A stretch of DNA of 64,000 nucleotides. Origin: Gemmatimonadaceae bacterium (lineage in GTDB: Bacteria > Gemmatimonadota > Gemmatimonadetes > Gemmatimonadales > Gemmatimonadaceae). Of the stretch, positions 29,657 through 38,828 are shown piece after piece (the stretch's first letter is position 1; each line of letters starts with the position of its first letter). The notes below the pieces were generated by a model, which saw only the letters and a list, made by a program, of their open reading frames with translations, did no database searches and had not been told where the DNA came from. The translations under genes were made by a program, and so were the position numbers. The stretch covers positions 3,995 to 67,994 of the forward strand of contig JADZDM010000002.1 of NCBI GenBank assembly GCA_020851035.1, written 5' to 3'.

Positions 29657-30805
29657 TCAGGCCGACGCCTGTCGCGGCTGCCCGTCGCTCGCCGGGACGT
29701 CCATGACACCTTCCGCCGTCTCCTGGATGAGCTGGTCGACCACGGCGTTCAGGTCGTTGGTGCGCGCGAACGTCGCGAGCTGGCGGTCGGCGCTCGAACC
29801 CTCGCTCAGGATCCGGTAGGCGTACTCGACCTCCTTGCGCGTGCCCAGTTCGTCGACGATGTCGCCGAGGAACCAGTCGAGGAACTCGCGGATGAGCTGC
29901 GGCGCCGGCAGTTCCACCTGCTTGCCGAAGTCGATCAGCTTGCCGCCCAGCCCGTAGCGGACCGCGCGCCACTTGTTCTCCTCGATCAGCGCCGAGGAGT
30001 ACACGCGGAAGGTGGTGTTGTCGCGGCGCATCTTGTAGAGCTTCGCGATCAGGGCCTGCAGGATGGCGGCGATGCACACCGCCTCGTCGACGCGGGTGCA
30101 GACGTCGCAGACGCGGAACTCGAGCGTGGGATACTTCCCGTGCGGGCGGATGTCCCACCAGATCTTGTGCGGCCCCGGGATCGACCCCGTCTCGACCAGC
30201 GTGTCGATGTACGACGTGTAGTCGTAGTACGAGTTGAGCAGCGGCGGCACGCCCGAGCGCGGGAAGGCGCGGAAAACCACGCTCCGGTAGGAGCGCAGGC
30301 CGGTCTCGCGACCATACCAGAACGGCGAGCTGCTGGTGAGGCAGAGGATGTGCGGCAGGAAGTAGCGCGCCACGTTGCAGGCATCGACGAGGAAGTCCTT
30401 GTCCTCGATGCCGATGTGCACGTGCGTGCCGAAGATGAGCAGGCGCTGGGCAAGGTCGCCCATGTCGTTGCGCGTGCCGAGGTAGTGGTCGTACGGGGTG
30501 ATCTCCTGCGTCTGCCAGTTCGCGAACGGGTGCGTTCCGGCGGCGGCGATGCGATACCCCTTCTTGGCGGCCAGCTCCATCACGCCCTTGCGCAGCATGA
30601 CGAGCTCCTTGCGCACCTCCGCCGGCGTCTGGCAGACGTTCGTCCCCACCTCGATGATCGACTGGTGCAGCTCCGGCTTCACCTGCGTGAGCACGCGGTG
30701 GTCCTCGGCGAGGAGCTGCGTCACGTACGAGACCAGGTCGCGCGAGACCGGATCGATGATCTGGTACTCTTCCTCGACGCCCAACGTCAGTGACGGTGCC
30801 TTCAT
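29657..30805 (-). CDS. Carboxylate-amine ligase, glutamate-cysteine ligase family 2 (YbdK-like)
   Basis: 382 aa. MKAPSLTLGVEEEYQIID.., ..GTHVHIGIED.., ..WWDIRPHGKYPTLEFRVCD.. Confidence 0.9.
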   Translation of the reverse strand: MKAPSLTLGVEEEYQIIDPVSRDLVSYVTQLLAEDHRVLTQVKPELHQSIIEVGTNVCQTPAEVRKELVMLRKGVMELAAKKGYRIAAAGTHPFANWQTQEITPYDHYLGTRNDMGDLAQRLLIFGTHVHIGIEDKDFLVDACNVARYFLPHILCLTSSSPFWYGRETGLRSYRSVVFRAFPRSGVPPLLNSYYDYTSYIDTLVETGSIPGPHKIWWDIRPHGKYPTLEFRVCDVCTRVDEAVCIAAILQALIAKLYKMRRDNTTFRVYSSALIEENKWRAVRYGLGGKLIDFGKQVELPAPQLIREFLDWFLGDIVDELGTRKEVEYAYRILSEGSSADRQLATFARTNDLNAVVDQLIQETAEGVMDVPASDGQPRQASA

Positions 30806-30874
30806 GGGGACGATGCGGGCTGGGGGATCGGGGGGGCTGCGGCGCGCCGGCGGCGCTCCCGCAGTCTAGCGGGT

Positions 30875-32233
30875 CTAGCGGGGCTGCACGAGGAAGGTCG
30901 GGACGGTGGACCCGCCGCCGGCCGAGACGTTGAGCAGGGCGGCGGTCGACAGCCGGCAGAGCCAGCCGTCGGCGTAGGCGCCGTCGCAGAGGAAGGGCGC
31001 CGTGTCGTACATCCGGTCCACCACCTGTGACCTGCCGTCGACGAGGGACGGATAGCCCTGCGAGGGGATGCCGACCCGCTCCTGGATCACGTAGGGGTGC
31101 TCGAGCGCCGTGCGCAGCGCGGCCGACCAGCCGTCGGCATCCACCGTCCACCCGAGGACGATGCCGGCGCCGCCGTAGTCGTCGTTGGGCTTGAGCACGA
31201 ACCGGTCACGGTTGGCGGCGGCGTGGGCGAGCAGGTCGACATGCTCGCCGTGGAAGATCGTGTTCCGCTCCTCCACCACGCGCGTCCACGGGATGCACTC
31301 GGCCACGGCGGCGTGCTGCGCCGGCGTGAGCAGGTGCGCGTTGCGCTCGTCGGTGAGTGCGGCCAGCGACGCCTTCTTGTGCAGGATCTTGCAGCGCGGC
31401 GGGTTCACCATGCAGACCTTCCGGTCGCGTACGGCACGGAACACCGGGTGGTCAACGCCACCGCGCTCGGCCAGCTCGTGCAGCAGGACACGCTTGTAGA
31501 GCAGCGTGACCGGCGTGCCGTTGAAGCGGAGCGTCTCGCCGTCGTACACGGCGTCGCGGGGGTCGACGATCGAGCACGGGATGCCCAGCTCGCGGAAGAA
31601 GCGCTGGAAGATCTCGAACTCGCTGAAGGTCGGCACCTCCTTCCAGTCGATGATGCCGACCTGCGGCACCTCGCGCACGCCGCGCCATTCCGCCCAGGCG
31701 CCGAGCACGGCGCGGAGCACGCCGTGGCGCGTGGGCACCGGCAGCAGGGCCCAGTCGCGCGCGAACTTCCGCGTCACGGGGAGGTCGCTGAACATGTCGG
31801 CGAGCGCGTCGTTGTAGCCGGCACCGGCGGGGGTCTCGGCGTTGTACTCGGTGAGCGAGATGACGCCGCTGTCGTCGTCCACGAAGTAGTCGAGTCGCGA
31901 CGTGGGGCTGCCGGCGCGGAACCCCGGGTCCACGCCCACCAGCGACTCCTCCCAGTCGGCGAGGCGGAACTGGTGCCGGACTTCGGGATCCGCCAGCGCG
32001 GCGGCGAGCACGGCGTCGAAGGCCGGCATCAGCCGCCTGGTGAGGTCCTGCACCCGGTCATACTGTGCCGGCGAGACCAGGCGCGGTCGGAGCACGGTGC
32101 ACAGCGGCCGGCCACCGAAGACCAGGCCGCGGCCAGCGAGCTGCGACGTCATCGCCGATGCCGACTCCTGCGCCAGCGCGTCGTCGGTGAGGAGGCCGTG
32201 CCAGGCGTCGATGGCGGGCAGCGCGGACGGCAT
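30875..32233 (-). CDS. Circularly permuted type-2 ATP-grasp protein (glutathionylspermidine-synthase-like)
   Basis: ORF 30875..33307 trimmed to ATG 32231-32233, a TGATG overlap with the upstream stop. ..SRLDYFVDDDSGVISLTEYNAETPAGAGY.., ..FVLKPNDDYGGAGIVLG.., ..YVIQERV.. Confidence 0.8.
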   Translation of the reverse strand: MPSALPAIDAWHGLLTDDALAQESASAMTSQLAGRGLVFGGRPLCTVLRPRLVSPAQYDRVQDLTRRLMPAFDAVLAAALADPEVRHQFRLADWEESLVGVDPGFRAGSPTSRLDYFVDDDSGVISLTEYNAETPAGAGYNDALADMFSDLPVTRKFARDWALLPVPTRHGVLRAVLGAWAEWRGVREVPQVGIIDWKEVPTFSEFEIFQRFFRELGIPCSIVDPRDAVYDGETLRFNGTPVTLLYKRVLLHELAERGGVDHPVFRAVRDRKVCMVNPPRCKILHKKASLAALTDERNAHLLTPAQHAAVAECIPWTRVVEERNTIFHGEHVDLLAHAAANRDRFVLKPNDDYGGAGIVLGWTVDADGWSAALRTALEHPYVIQERVGIPSQGYPSLVDGRSQVVDRMYDTAPFLCDGAYADGWLCRLSTAALLNVSAGGGSTVPTFLVQPR

Positions 32234-33195
32234 CAGCGGGTGCGTGAGGCGGTGAACATCGCGTCCCAGCCGAGGGCCTTCACCGACTCCCGCGGGTTCT
32301 TCGCGAGCCGGATCACGAGGTTGCTCATCTGCTCCACCGCCCAGTTGAAGTAGGTCGGCGTGAGGGAGTTGATGTCGAAGTCGGGCGCCGGGTTCATGAA
32401 GTCGATGGCGTACGGCACGCCATCCTTGATCGCGAACTCGATCGAGTTCATGTCGTAGCCGAACGCCTTCACGATGGTGCGGGCATCCTTGATGATGCGG
32501 GGCTCGAGGGTGCCGAGGAAGCCCGGCTCGACGCGGTACTTCCGCTCGCGCGGGTCGTACTTGATCGGCAGGACCTCCTCCTGGCCGACGCAGATGCAGC
32601 GCACGAATTCGTCCCACTTGATGAACTCCTGCACGATCATCGTGAGCAGGCCGGAGTTGTCGTAGTGGTGGATGAGCTCTGCCTTGCTCTCGCAGACGTA
32701 GACCTTCTTCCAGCCGCCGCCGTGGGCGTCCTTGAGGATGCAGGGCAGGCCGACCCAGCGCAGGATCTCGTCCCAGTCGAGTGGATACTTCAGGTTCCGC
32801 AGCGACTCGTCGGGGACGATGCCGGGGATGTACTCCTTGTTCGGAAGCACCACCGTCTTCGGGCTGACCACGCCGAGCTTCGTGATCAGCGCGGCCCCGA
32901 AGAACTTGTCGTCGGCCGACCACATGAACGGGTTGTTGATCACCGACGTGCCGTTGAGCACCGCCTGCTTGAGCACGGTGCGATACATCGGCACCTCGTG
33001 CGAGATGCGGTCGACGAGGACGTCGTACACCCGGTCGGCGTCCATGTGCTCGCCGCCGAACTTCGCGAGCGAGGCGGTGACGCCGGCATCCTTGGCGTTG
33101 ACGGCCTCGATGAAGGCGGGCGGGAAGGACCACTCGCGCCCCACCACCAGCCCAACGTGCTTCACCTGCGCAGGACCTTTCGCCATCGGTGGCAC
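32233..33195 (-). CDS. ATP-grasp ligase (RimK/glutathione-synthetase-like)
   Basis: 320 aa. ..LPCILKDAHGGGWKKVYVCES.., ..MIVQEFI.., ..MNSIEFAIKDGVPYAIDFMNPAPD.. Confidence 0.75.
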   Translation of the reverse strand: MPPMAKGPAQVKHVGLVVGREWSFPPAFIEAVNAKDAGVTASLAKFGGEHMDADRVYDVLVDRISHEVPMYRTVLKQAVLNGTSVINNPFMWSADDKFFGAALITKLGVVSPKTVVLPNKEYIPGIVPDESLRNLKYPLDWDEILRWVGLPCILKDAHGGGWKKVYVCESKAELIHHYDNSGLLTMIVQEFIKWDEFVRCICVGQEEVLPIKYDPRERKYRVEPGFLGTLEPRIIKDARTIVKAFGYDMNSIEFAIKDGVPYAIDFMNPAPDFDINSLTPTYFNWAVEQMSNLVIRLAKNPRESVKALGWDAMFTASRTR

Positions 33196-33201
33196 CCCTG
33201 G

Positions 33202-33924
33202 TTAGTCGTGACCGCCCACGTACATCCGGATCATCTTCTCCCAGTACGGCCAGTCGTGCGACCAGCCGTCCCAGAGCCGCAAGGCGTTGCCCACGCCCTT
33301 GTTCCACAGCATCGACGAGAACTCCTCGTTGTTCCGGCAGCTCGGGTCGTCACGGCCGATGGCCATGATGATGTCGATGCGCCGCATGGCCTCGAGGCGG
33401 CCGTGGTCGGCCTCGTGCGCCATGAACGCCATCGGGTTGGCGGCGTACACGTTCGCGTCCATGTGGCCCGACGCCTGCCGGCTGATGTCGTACAGGCCGC
33501 TGAGGCCGATGATGCGGTTGACGAGGTGCGGGAAGCGCAGCCCGAACGACATCGCGTGGTAGGCCCCGAAGCTGGCGCCGGCGAGGATCACGAAGGGCGT
33601 GCCATTCCGGTGGTGCATGAACGGCAACACCTCGTCCCGGATGTAGTCGTGGTACTGGAGGTGGCGCCAGGCGCGGGCGCCCGGGTGCCGCGCGCGGTCG
33701 TACCAGCTCTCATGGTGCACGTGGTCCACGGTGAACATCTGGAGCCAGCCGCGCTCGAGGTGGTCCCGCAGCACGAGGTGCATGCGGCGGTCGGTCCACT
33801 CGCGGTGGCTGCCGAGCGACGTCGGGAAGACCAGCATCTTGGCGCCGGCGTGTCCCCAGACGTGCATGGCCATCTCGCGGCCGTCCAGCGCCGGGCTCCG
33901 CCAGGCCTGGTATTCATGGTGCAT
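33202..33924 (-). CDS. Esterase-fold protein (PF00756-like)
   Basis: 240 aa. Nucleophile elbow ..VILAGASFGAYHAMSFGLRFP.. The ATG shares 1 nt with the upstream stop at 33924. Confidence 0.8.
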   Translation of the reverse strand: MHHEYQAWRSPALDGREMAMHVWGHAGAKMLVFPTSLGSHREWTDRRMHLVLRDHLERGWLQMFTVDHVHHESWYDRARHPGARAWRHLQYHDYIRDEVLPFMHHRNGTPFVILAGASFGAYHAMSFGLRFPHLVNRIIGLSGLYDISRQASGHMDANVYAANPMAFMAHEADHGRLEAMRRIDIIMAIGRDDPSCRNNEEFSSMLWNKGVGNALRLWDGWSHDWPYWEKMIRMYVGGHD

Positions 33925-34745
33925 CAGTGTCTCCGGTCGGAGCGGGTGACGGACAGCAGCGCGGGCAGCGCCTTGCGGAAGCGGCGGCCCCAGGCGCTCT
34001 CATGGTGCACGCCGATGGCGTCCTCCACCCAGCGGAGGCGCTCGCCCGGCACGTAGCCCTTGTTCACGAGCATGTCGCGCAGCCGGCGCGCGTTCGCCAG
34101 CGTGCGCTCGCCCTCGCGGGCCCCGACATCGAGGTAGATGCGGGCGTCGCTGAACGGCTGGTGCCTCACCCAGTCGAAGATCGCCCCCTGCGCGAACCAG
34201 AGTGACGGGCTCATGACGGCCGCGAAGCCGAAGACGTCGCGGCGCGCGAAGACGGCGTAGAGCGAGAAGAGTCCGCCCATCGACGACCCGCCGACGCCGG
34301 TGTGCTCGCGCGCCGGCAGGGTGCGGTACCGGTCGTTGATCACGGGCCGGAGCACGTCGGACAGCCAGGTGAGGTACGGCGCCGCGTCCCCACCGCCCAC
34401 CCGCTCGTCCATGAACGGGCTGTACTCCGCGATCCGGTGCTGCGACGCGTGATAGACGCCGACGATGATCGCGTTGGCCCCCAGCCGCGACGCCGACACC
34501 AGCTCCTCGGAGAGTCCCCAGGAGCCGGCGTACGAGGTGCCATCGTCGAACAGGTTCTGGCCATCCTGCATGTAGATCACCGGATACCGGCGCACCTCCT
34601 CGAAGTACTCGCCGGGGAGGTAGACGGCCACCGTGCGCGTCTCCCCCTCGGTCGGTCCCGGGATGTCGGTGACCACCTCGAGCGTTCCCGCCTGTGTGCG
34701 TGTCCGGAACAGGCGCCGCAGGGAGCGGCGCAGGCGCAGGGGCAT
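33924..34745 (-). CDS. Esterase-fold protein (PF00756-like)
   Basis: 273 aa. ..YPVIYMQDGQNLFD.., ..GVGGSSMGGLFSLY.. Confidence 0.8.
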   Translation of the reverse strand: MPLRLRRSLRRLFRTRTQAGTLEVVTDIPGPTEGETRTVAVYLPGEYFEEVRRYPVIYMQDGQNLFDDGTSYAGSWGLSEELVSASRLGANAIIVGVYHASQHRIAEYSPFMDERVGGGDAAPYLTWLSDVLRPVINDRYRTLPAREHTGVGGSSMGGLFSLYAVFARRDVFGFAAVMSPSLWFAQGAIFDWVRHQPFSDARIYLDVGAREGERTLANARRLRDMLVNKGYVPGERLRWVEDAIGVHHESAWGRRFRKALPALLSVTRSDRRH

Positions 34746-34748
34746 GTA

Positions 34749-35972
34749 TTACGACGCGTAGAGTTGGAGGTCGGTTCCGACCGCATCGGCGATCTGGCAC
34801 GCCTGCGCGAAGTCCGGGTGCCGGATGGTGAGGTAGCCGTCGGAGAGCAGGGTCAGCACCCAGTCGCGCCGCGGCTGGCCCACCGGCAGCAGGTCGATGT
34901 TCACGATGTGCTCACCGAAGCGCTGCACGAGCTGCTCGAGCCCCGTCACGCGACTGATCGCGCCATGGCCCTGCGCCCGCTTGAAGATGTTGACGGCGTT
35001 GTACTTCCGGGTGACCTCGAGCGAGAAGGTGCCCTGCAGCTCGGCCTCGGCGTAGCCCATGTAGAGGTCCACGTCCGAGACGTAGTTCATCAGGTCCACC
35101 GTGCGGGCGCCGGGCGGACGGGCGGCGATCTCACCGAAGACCACCTCGCCGTCCGACTTCCGGTACCACTCCATGTGCGTGAACGCGTTGCCGGGGTTCA
35201 TCGCGCGGAGGACGTCGGCGCCCATCTGCCGGCCGCCGGCCACCCAGTCGCTGTCGACGTCACGCAGGCAGAGGGTCTGGGGGCTGATCCACTCCACGCT
35301 GCGCGCCACCAGCGGGCGGGGGCGGTAGTAGCCGATGTTGAAGAACTGCATCGCGCCGTCGATGCAGATCGTGTCGAACGTGAACTCCTCGGCCTCGATG
35401 AACTCCTCGACGTTCACGTGCTCGATGTGCGTGAGGCGCTTCAGCGCGGCGTCCAGCTCGCGGGCGTCATCCACGCGGAAGGTGTCCATCGAGCCGGCGC
35501 CGTCGATCGGCTTGATGATCAGCGGGTAGCCGATGTACTCCGCCGCCTCGCGCACTTCGGCCGCCGATGTCGCACCGCGGTGGCGCGGCGTGCGGATGCC
35601 CGCCGCGGCGACACGCGCCTTCATGATGTCCTTGTTGCGGAACGCGATCGCGTCCTCGACGCCCATCCCCGGCACCCCGAGCGCCGCGCGCAGCTTCGCC
35701 GCCAGCACCACGCCGGGCTCCCAGAGGCAGACCACCCGGTCGAAGGTGCGGCCCACCCACTGTGCCGTCACCGCCGCGACCACCGCGTCCTCCTGGTTGA
35801 TCTGCGGCGTCTGCAGGTAGCCCGAGAGGTGGCGGCGCGTCAGCTCCGGCAGGTTGCCGGCCGGCACGTCACTGATCCCATACACCTTCGCCCCGAACGT
35901 CGAGAGCGCGCGGCAGAACAGCGGCATCTCGTCGGGATAGCCCGGCGCGATCATCAACACGTTCATGTGCAT
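34749..35972 (-). CDS. ATP-grasp ligase B (L-amino-acid-ligase-like)
   Basis: ORF 34749..36128 trimmed to ATG 35970-35972 (MHMNVLMIAPGYP..). ..YPLIIKPIDGAGSMDTF.., ..VEEFIEAEEFTFD.., ..THMEWYRKSDGEVVFGEIAARPPGA.. Confidence 0.85.
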   Translation of the reverse strand: MHMNVLMIAPGYPDEMPLFCRALSTFGAKVYGISDVPAGNLPELTRRHLSGYLQTPQINQEDAVVAAVTAQWVGRTFDRVVCLWEPGVVLAAKLRAALGVPGMGVEDAIAFRNKDIMKARVAAAGIRTPRHRGATSAAEVREAAEYIGYPLIIKPIDGAGSMDTFRVDDARELDAALKRLTHIEHVNVEEFIEAEEFTFDTICIDGAMQFFNIGYYRPRPLVARSVEWISPQTLCLRDVDSDWVAGGRQMGADVLRAMNPGNAFTHMEWYRKSDGEVVFGEIAARPPGARTVDLMNYVSDVDLYMGYAEAELQGTFSLEVTRKYNAVNIFKRAQGHGAISRVTGLEQLVQRFGEHIVNIDLLPVGQPRRDWVLTLLSDGYLTIRHPDFAQACQIADAVGTDLQLYAS

Positions 35973-36009
35973 CCCCTGGCGTGAGCGTCCAACCGCGAGT
36001 CCCGTGTGA

Positions 36010-37230
36010 TCACCCCAGATCCACCTGCACCAGCTCCACCACGCGGCGGATCGCCCGTTCCACCACCACCGTCTCGGGATGGCGGAGGATGACGTAGCCG
36101 TCGCCCTCGTACGTGGCGGCCGGTGCATGCCCCACCACCGGCAGCTTCACGTCACACACCAGGTGCCCGAACTCGGCCTGCACCTGTTCCAGCCCGCGCA
36201 CCCGGCGCACCACCCCGCTCCCCTGCCCGCGCAGGAATGCGGCGGCCACGGCGTACTTGCGCTGCGGCGGCGTGAACTCGCCGTGCACCATCAAGTTCGC
36301 CCAGGCCCCGACGAAGTCCACGTCGTTCGCGCGGCTGATCAGCGTCGTGATCTGCGCACCCGGCGGCCGCGCCGCCACCTCGGAGATCGCCACCGTGCCG
36401 TCGGCGCGCCGGAACCATTCCATGTGGGTCAGCCCGGTGGTCTGGCCAAGGGCATCCAGCGCCTCGACCGCCGCATCGCGGATGTCGTCGAACCTCGGGT
36501 GGTCGACCTCGCGCGGCAGCACCACCACCCACTGGATCCACGGGTTGCGCAGGACCTCCAGCGGCGTGGGGTGGTAGTGCGTGAGCGAGTGCCAGACCGC
36601 ACGGCCGTCGATCGAGATGGTCTCGAAGGAGTGCTCGGTGCCGGTGATGAACTCCTCCAGCATCACCGGCGCCAGCACCGACGGCTGCGCGAGCTCGAGC
36701 GCCTCGCCAAGCGCGCGCGCGTCATCCACGCGGTAGGTGGACAGCGCGCCGGCACCGGCCTGCGGCTTGACCACCAGCGGGAAGCCGACCCGCTCCGCGA
36801 ACGCGATCGCGTCGACGTACCGCTCCACGAGGGCGTGGCGCGCGCAGGGCAGCCGGTGGGCGCGCAGCACGTCCTTCATGCGCGACTTGTCCCGGAAGTT
36901 CAGCGCCGCACGCACCGGCAGCCCGCTCACGCCGAGCGACTCCCGCACCACCGCCAGCGGCACCTGCAGCTGCTCGTAGGCGCCGAAGAGCCGCTCGACG
37001 CCGCCGATCCGGGCCGCCACCTCGCCCACCGCCTGCCGGAGCTGCAACACGTCCAGCACGTCGTCCACGCGCCAGTGCTGCACGATCACGTCCCGCGTCT
37101 GGCGCGGCGCCTGGTCGACGTCGTCTTCCGTGATCACGCCAAGCTGCACGCCGGGCAGCGCCCCGAGCGCCTCGACCATCCTCGCCGCGTTGTCGGACAG
37201 ACGCGGTGCGACGAAGATGACCGGGATCAT
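36010..37230 (-). CDS. ATP-grasp ligase A (L-amino-acid-ligase-like), paralog of 34749..35972
   Basis: ORF 36010..37755 trimmed to ATG 37228-37230, an ATGA overlap with the GH57 stop. ..FPLVVKPQAGAGALSTY.., ..LEEFITGTEHSFE.., ..THMEWFRRADGTVAISEVAARPPGA.. Confidence 0.85.
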   Translation of the reverse strand: MIPVIFVAPRLSDNAARMVEALGALPGVQLGVITEDDVDQAPRQTRDVIVQHWRVDDVLDVLQLRQAVGEVAARIGGVERLFGAYEQLQVPLAVVRESLGVSGLPVRAALNFRDKSRMKDVLRAHRLPCARHALVERYVDAIAFAERVGFPLVVKPQAGAGALSTYRVDDARALGEALELAQPSVLAPVMLEEFITGTEHSFETISIDGRAVWHSLTHYHPTPLEVLRNPWIQWVVVLPREVDHPRFDDIRDAAVEALDALGQTTGLTHMEWFRRADGTVAISEVAARPPGAQITTLISRANDVDFVGAWANLMVHGEFTPPQRKYAVAAAFLRGQGSGVVRRVRGLEQVQAEFGHLVCDVKLPVVGHAPAATYEGDGYVILRHPETVVVERAIRRVVELVQVDLG

Positions 37231-38822
37231 GCCAGGGCCGCGCGCAACGCGGGGAAGATGTCCGGGAAACAGTCGTCGCGCACCTTCAGCTCCGCCGCAT
37301 AGTTGTGCGCCGTGGTGAAGTCCCCGCTCTCGAAGCCCTGGTGCATCAGCCCGAGGATCTGCTCCAGGTCGGCGCAGTGCGAATGGAAGCGGTGATCGCC
37401 GTAGTCGGCCGCCTCGCCCATCGTGACGATGAACGGCCAGTCGCTGCTCTGTGCCAGCAGCAGCGTGCGCGCGGCCTGCTCGAGCGCGGTGTGCGCGAGC
37501 GGTTCGCCGAGCGCGCGGCCGGCGATCTCCCAGAAGGCGTTCTCCAGCGGCCAGAGCCGCCGCCACATGTACGCCACCTTCGGCCCCACCCAGGTGGACC
37601 AGTCGGCGTGTGCGCCCCACGACCCCGGCTCCACCGGGATGCCCGGCGCATTCGGGTTGTCCCGCAGGTGCTCGCCTGCCGTGGCCGGCCGCAGCAGCGG
37701 CACGTGCTGCAGCTCGCGATAGAGCTTGTTCAGGAACTCCGGCCCCTCCGCCCACCAGTGCCCGTACAGCTCCGTGTCGAACGGCGCCATGATGAGCGAG
37801 GTCCCGAACGGGTGCTGCTCACGGGCGATCGCGCCCAGCAAGGTGGCGAAGTGCCGGGCGTGCTCCTCGACCTTGTTCTGCGCGACCTCGGGCCAGTACG
37901 GGTGCTTCTCGCCGAGATCCACCTTGCGGCCGGTGATGCGCCAGAGCTTCAGCCCCCCTTCCTGGTGCGTCTTGTGGAACTCCAGGTAGGCGCCGTCGCC
38001 CGGGTAGCCGCCGTCGGCACTCCAGATCTGCGCGGCGGTGCGCTGGTCGCGCGCCAGCGCATACACATGCGCCTCGCCATTCTCCTGCTTGATCCGGTAG
38101 GCGCGGTAGGCGGTCCGCTCCTTGTGCCGGCCCTGCACCAGCGGCGCATCGAGCGTCACGTACTGGAAGCCCGCGGCGCGCACCTCGTGCTCGATGCCGT
38201 GCCGCACGCCGCGATTGGGGGCGTGCTTGAGCGGCTCCCACCAGCCGCCGGGCCGGTACGCACACTCCGGCAGCCAGCACCCCGCCGGCCGGCGCCCGAA
38301 CAGGCGCTCATGCTCGCGGCGGCCCAGCTGGAGCTGGAACTTGATGCTCTCGTCGCGACCCAGCAGGGGAAGGAAGCCATGCGTGGCCGCCGAGCCGGTG
38401 ATCTCGATCCGTCCGTCGTCGGCGAAGCGCCGGAACTCGCCGAGGATGTCGCCATCGAGAGCGCGGTAGAGCTCGAGGTACTTCCGCATGTTGCCGGCGG
38501 TCCAGCCGCACACGTGGCTCAGGCCATCGTCGCCCCGCGCAGCGAACCGGGCGCCCTCCTCCTCCAGGCACTTCAGCTTGTTCGCAGCCCACTTCTCGAA
38601 GATCGCCGGGAAGGTCGGGTGCGCCAGCTGGTTGGCCAGGATCGGTGTGATCCCGAGCGTGACCGGCGCGTGCACGTTGTCCATCTGCAGCCAGCGCATC
38701 TTCTCGATCAGCGGCAGGTACGTCTCCATCGTGGCCTCGGAGAGCCAGTCGGAGCCGTGTGGCCAGTCGCCGTGATTCAGCACCCACGGCAGGTGCGAGT
38801 GCAGCTGGAGGACGAAGTCCAT
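37227..38822 (-). CDS. GH57 family 1,4-alpha-glucan branching enzyme-like protein
   Basis: 531 aa. MDFVLQLHSHLPWV.., ..TGSAATHGFLPLL.., ..MAPFDTELYGHWWAEG.. A GH57 catalytic region with a DUF1957-like C-terminus. Confidence 0.85.
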   Translation of the reverse strand: MDFVLQLHSHLPWVLNHGDWPHGSDWLSEATMETYLPLIEKMRWLQMDNVHAPVTLGITPILANQLAHPTFPAIFEKWAANKLKCLEEEGARFAARGDDGLSHVCGWTAGNMRKYLELYRALDGDILGEFRRFADDGRIEITGSAATHGFLPLLGRDESIKFQLQLGRREHERLFGRRPAGCWLPECAYRPGGWWEPLKHAPNRGVRHGIEHEVRAAGFQYVTLDAPLVQGRHKERTAYRAYRIKQENGEAHVYALARDQRTAAQIWSADGGYPGDGAYLEFHKTHQEGGLKLWRITGRKVDLGEKHPYWPEVAQNKVEEHARHFATLLGAIAREQHPFGTSLIMAPFDTELYGHWWAEGPEFLNKLYRELQHVPLLRPATAGEHLRDNPNAPGIPVEPGSWGAHADWSTWVGPKVAYMWRRLWPLENAFWEIAGRALGEPLAHTALEQAARTLLLAQSSDWPFIVTMGEAADYGDHRFHSHCADLEQILGLMHQGFESGDFTTAHNYAAELKVRDDCFPDIFPALRAALA

Positions 38823-38828
38823 GGAAGG

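Noticed and set aside
30864-30881. Tandem 9-mer GTCTAGCGG x2 that spans the stop codon of the circularly permuted ATP-grasp gene. It gives two in-frame TAG stops 9 nt apart.
   Set aside because: It is a trivial micro-duplication. It does not change the protein, and I see no regulatory logic.
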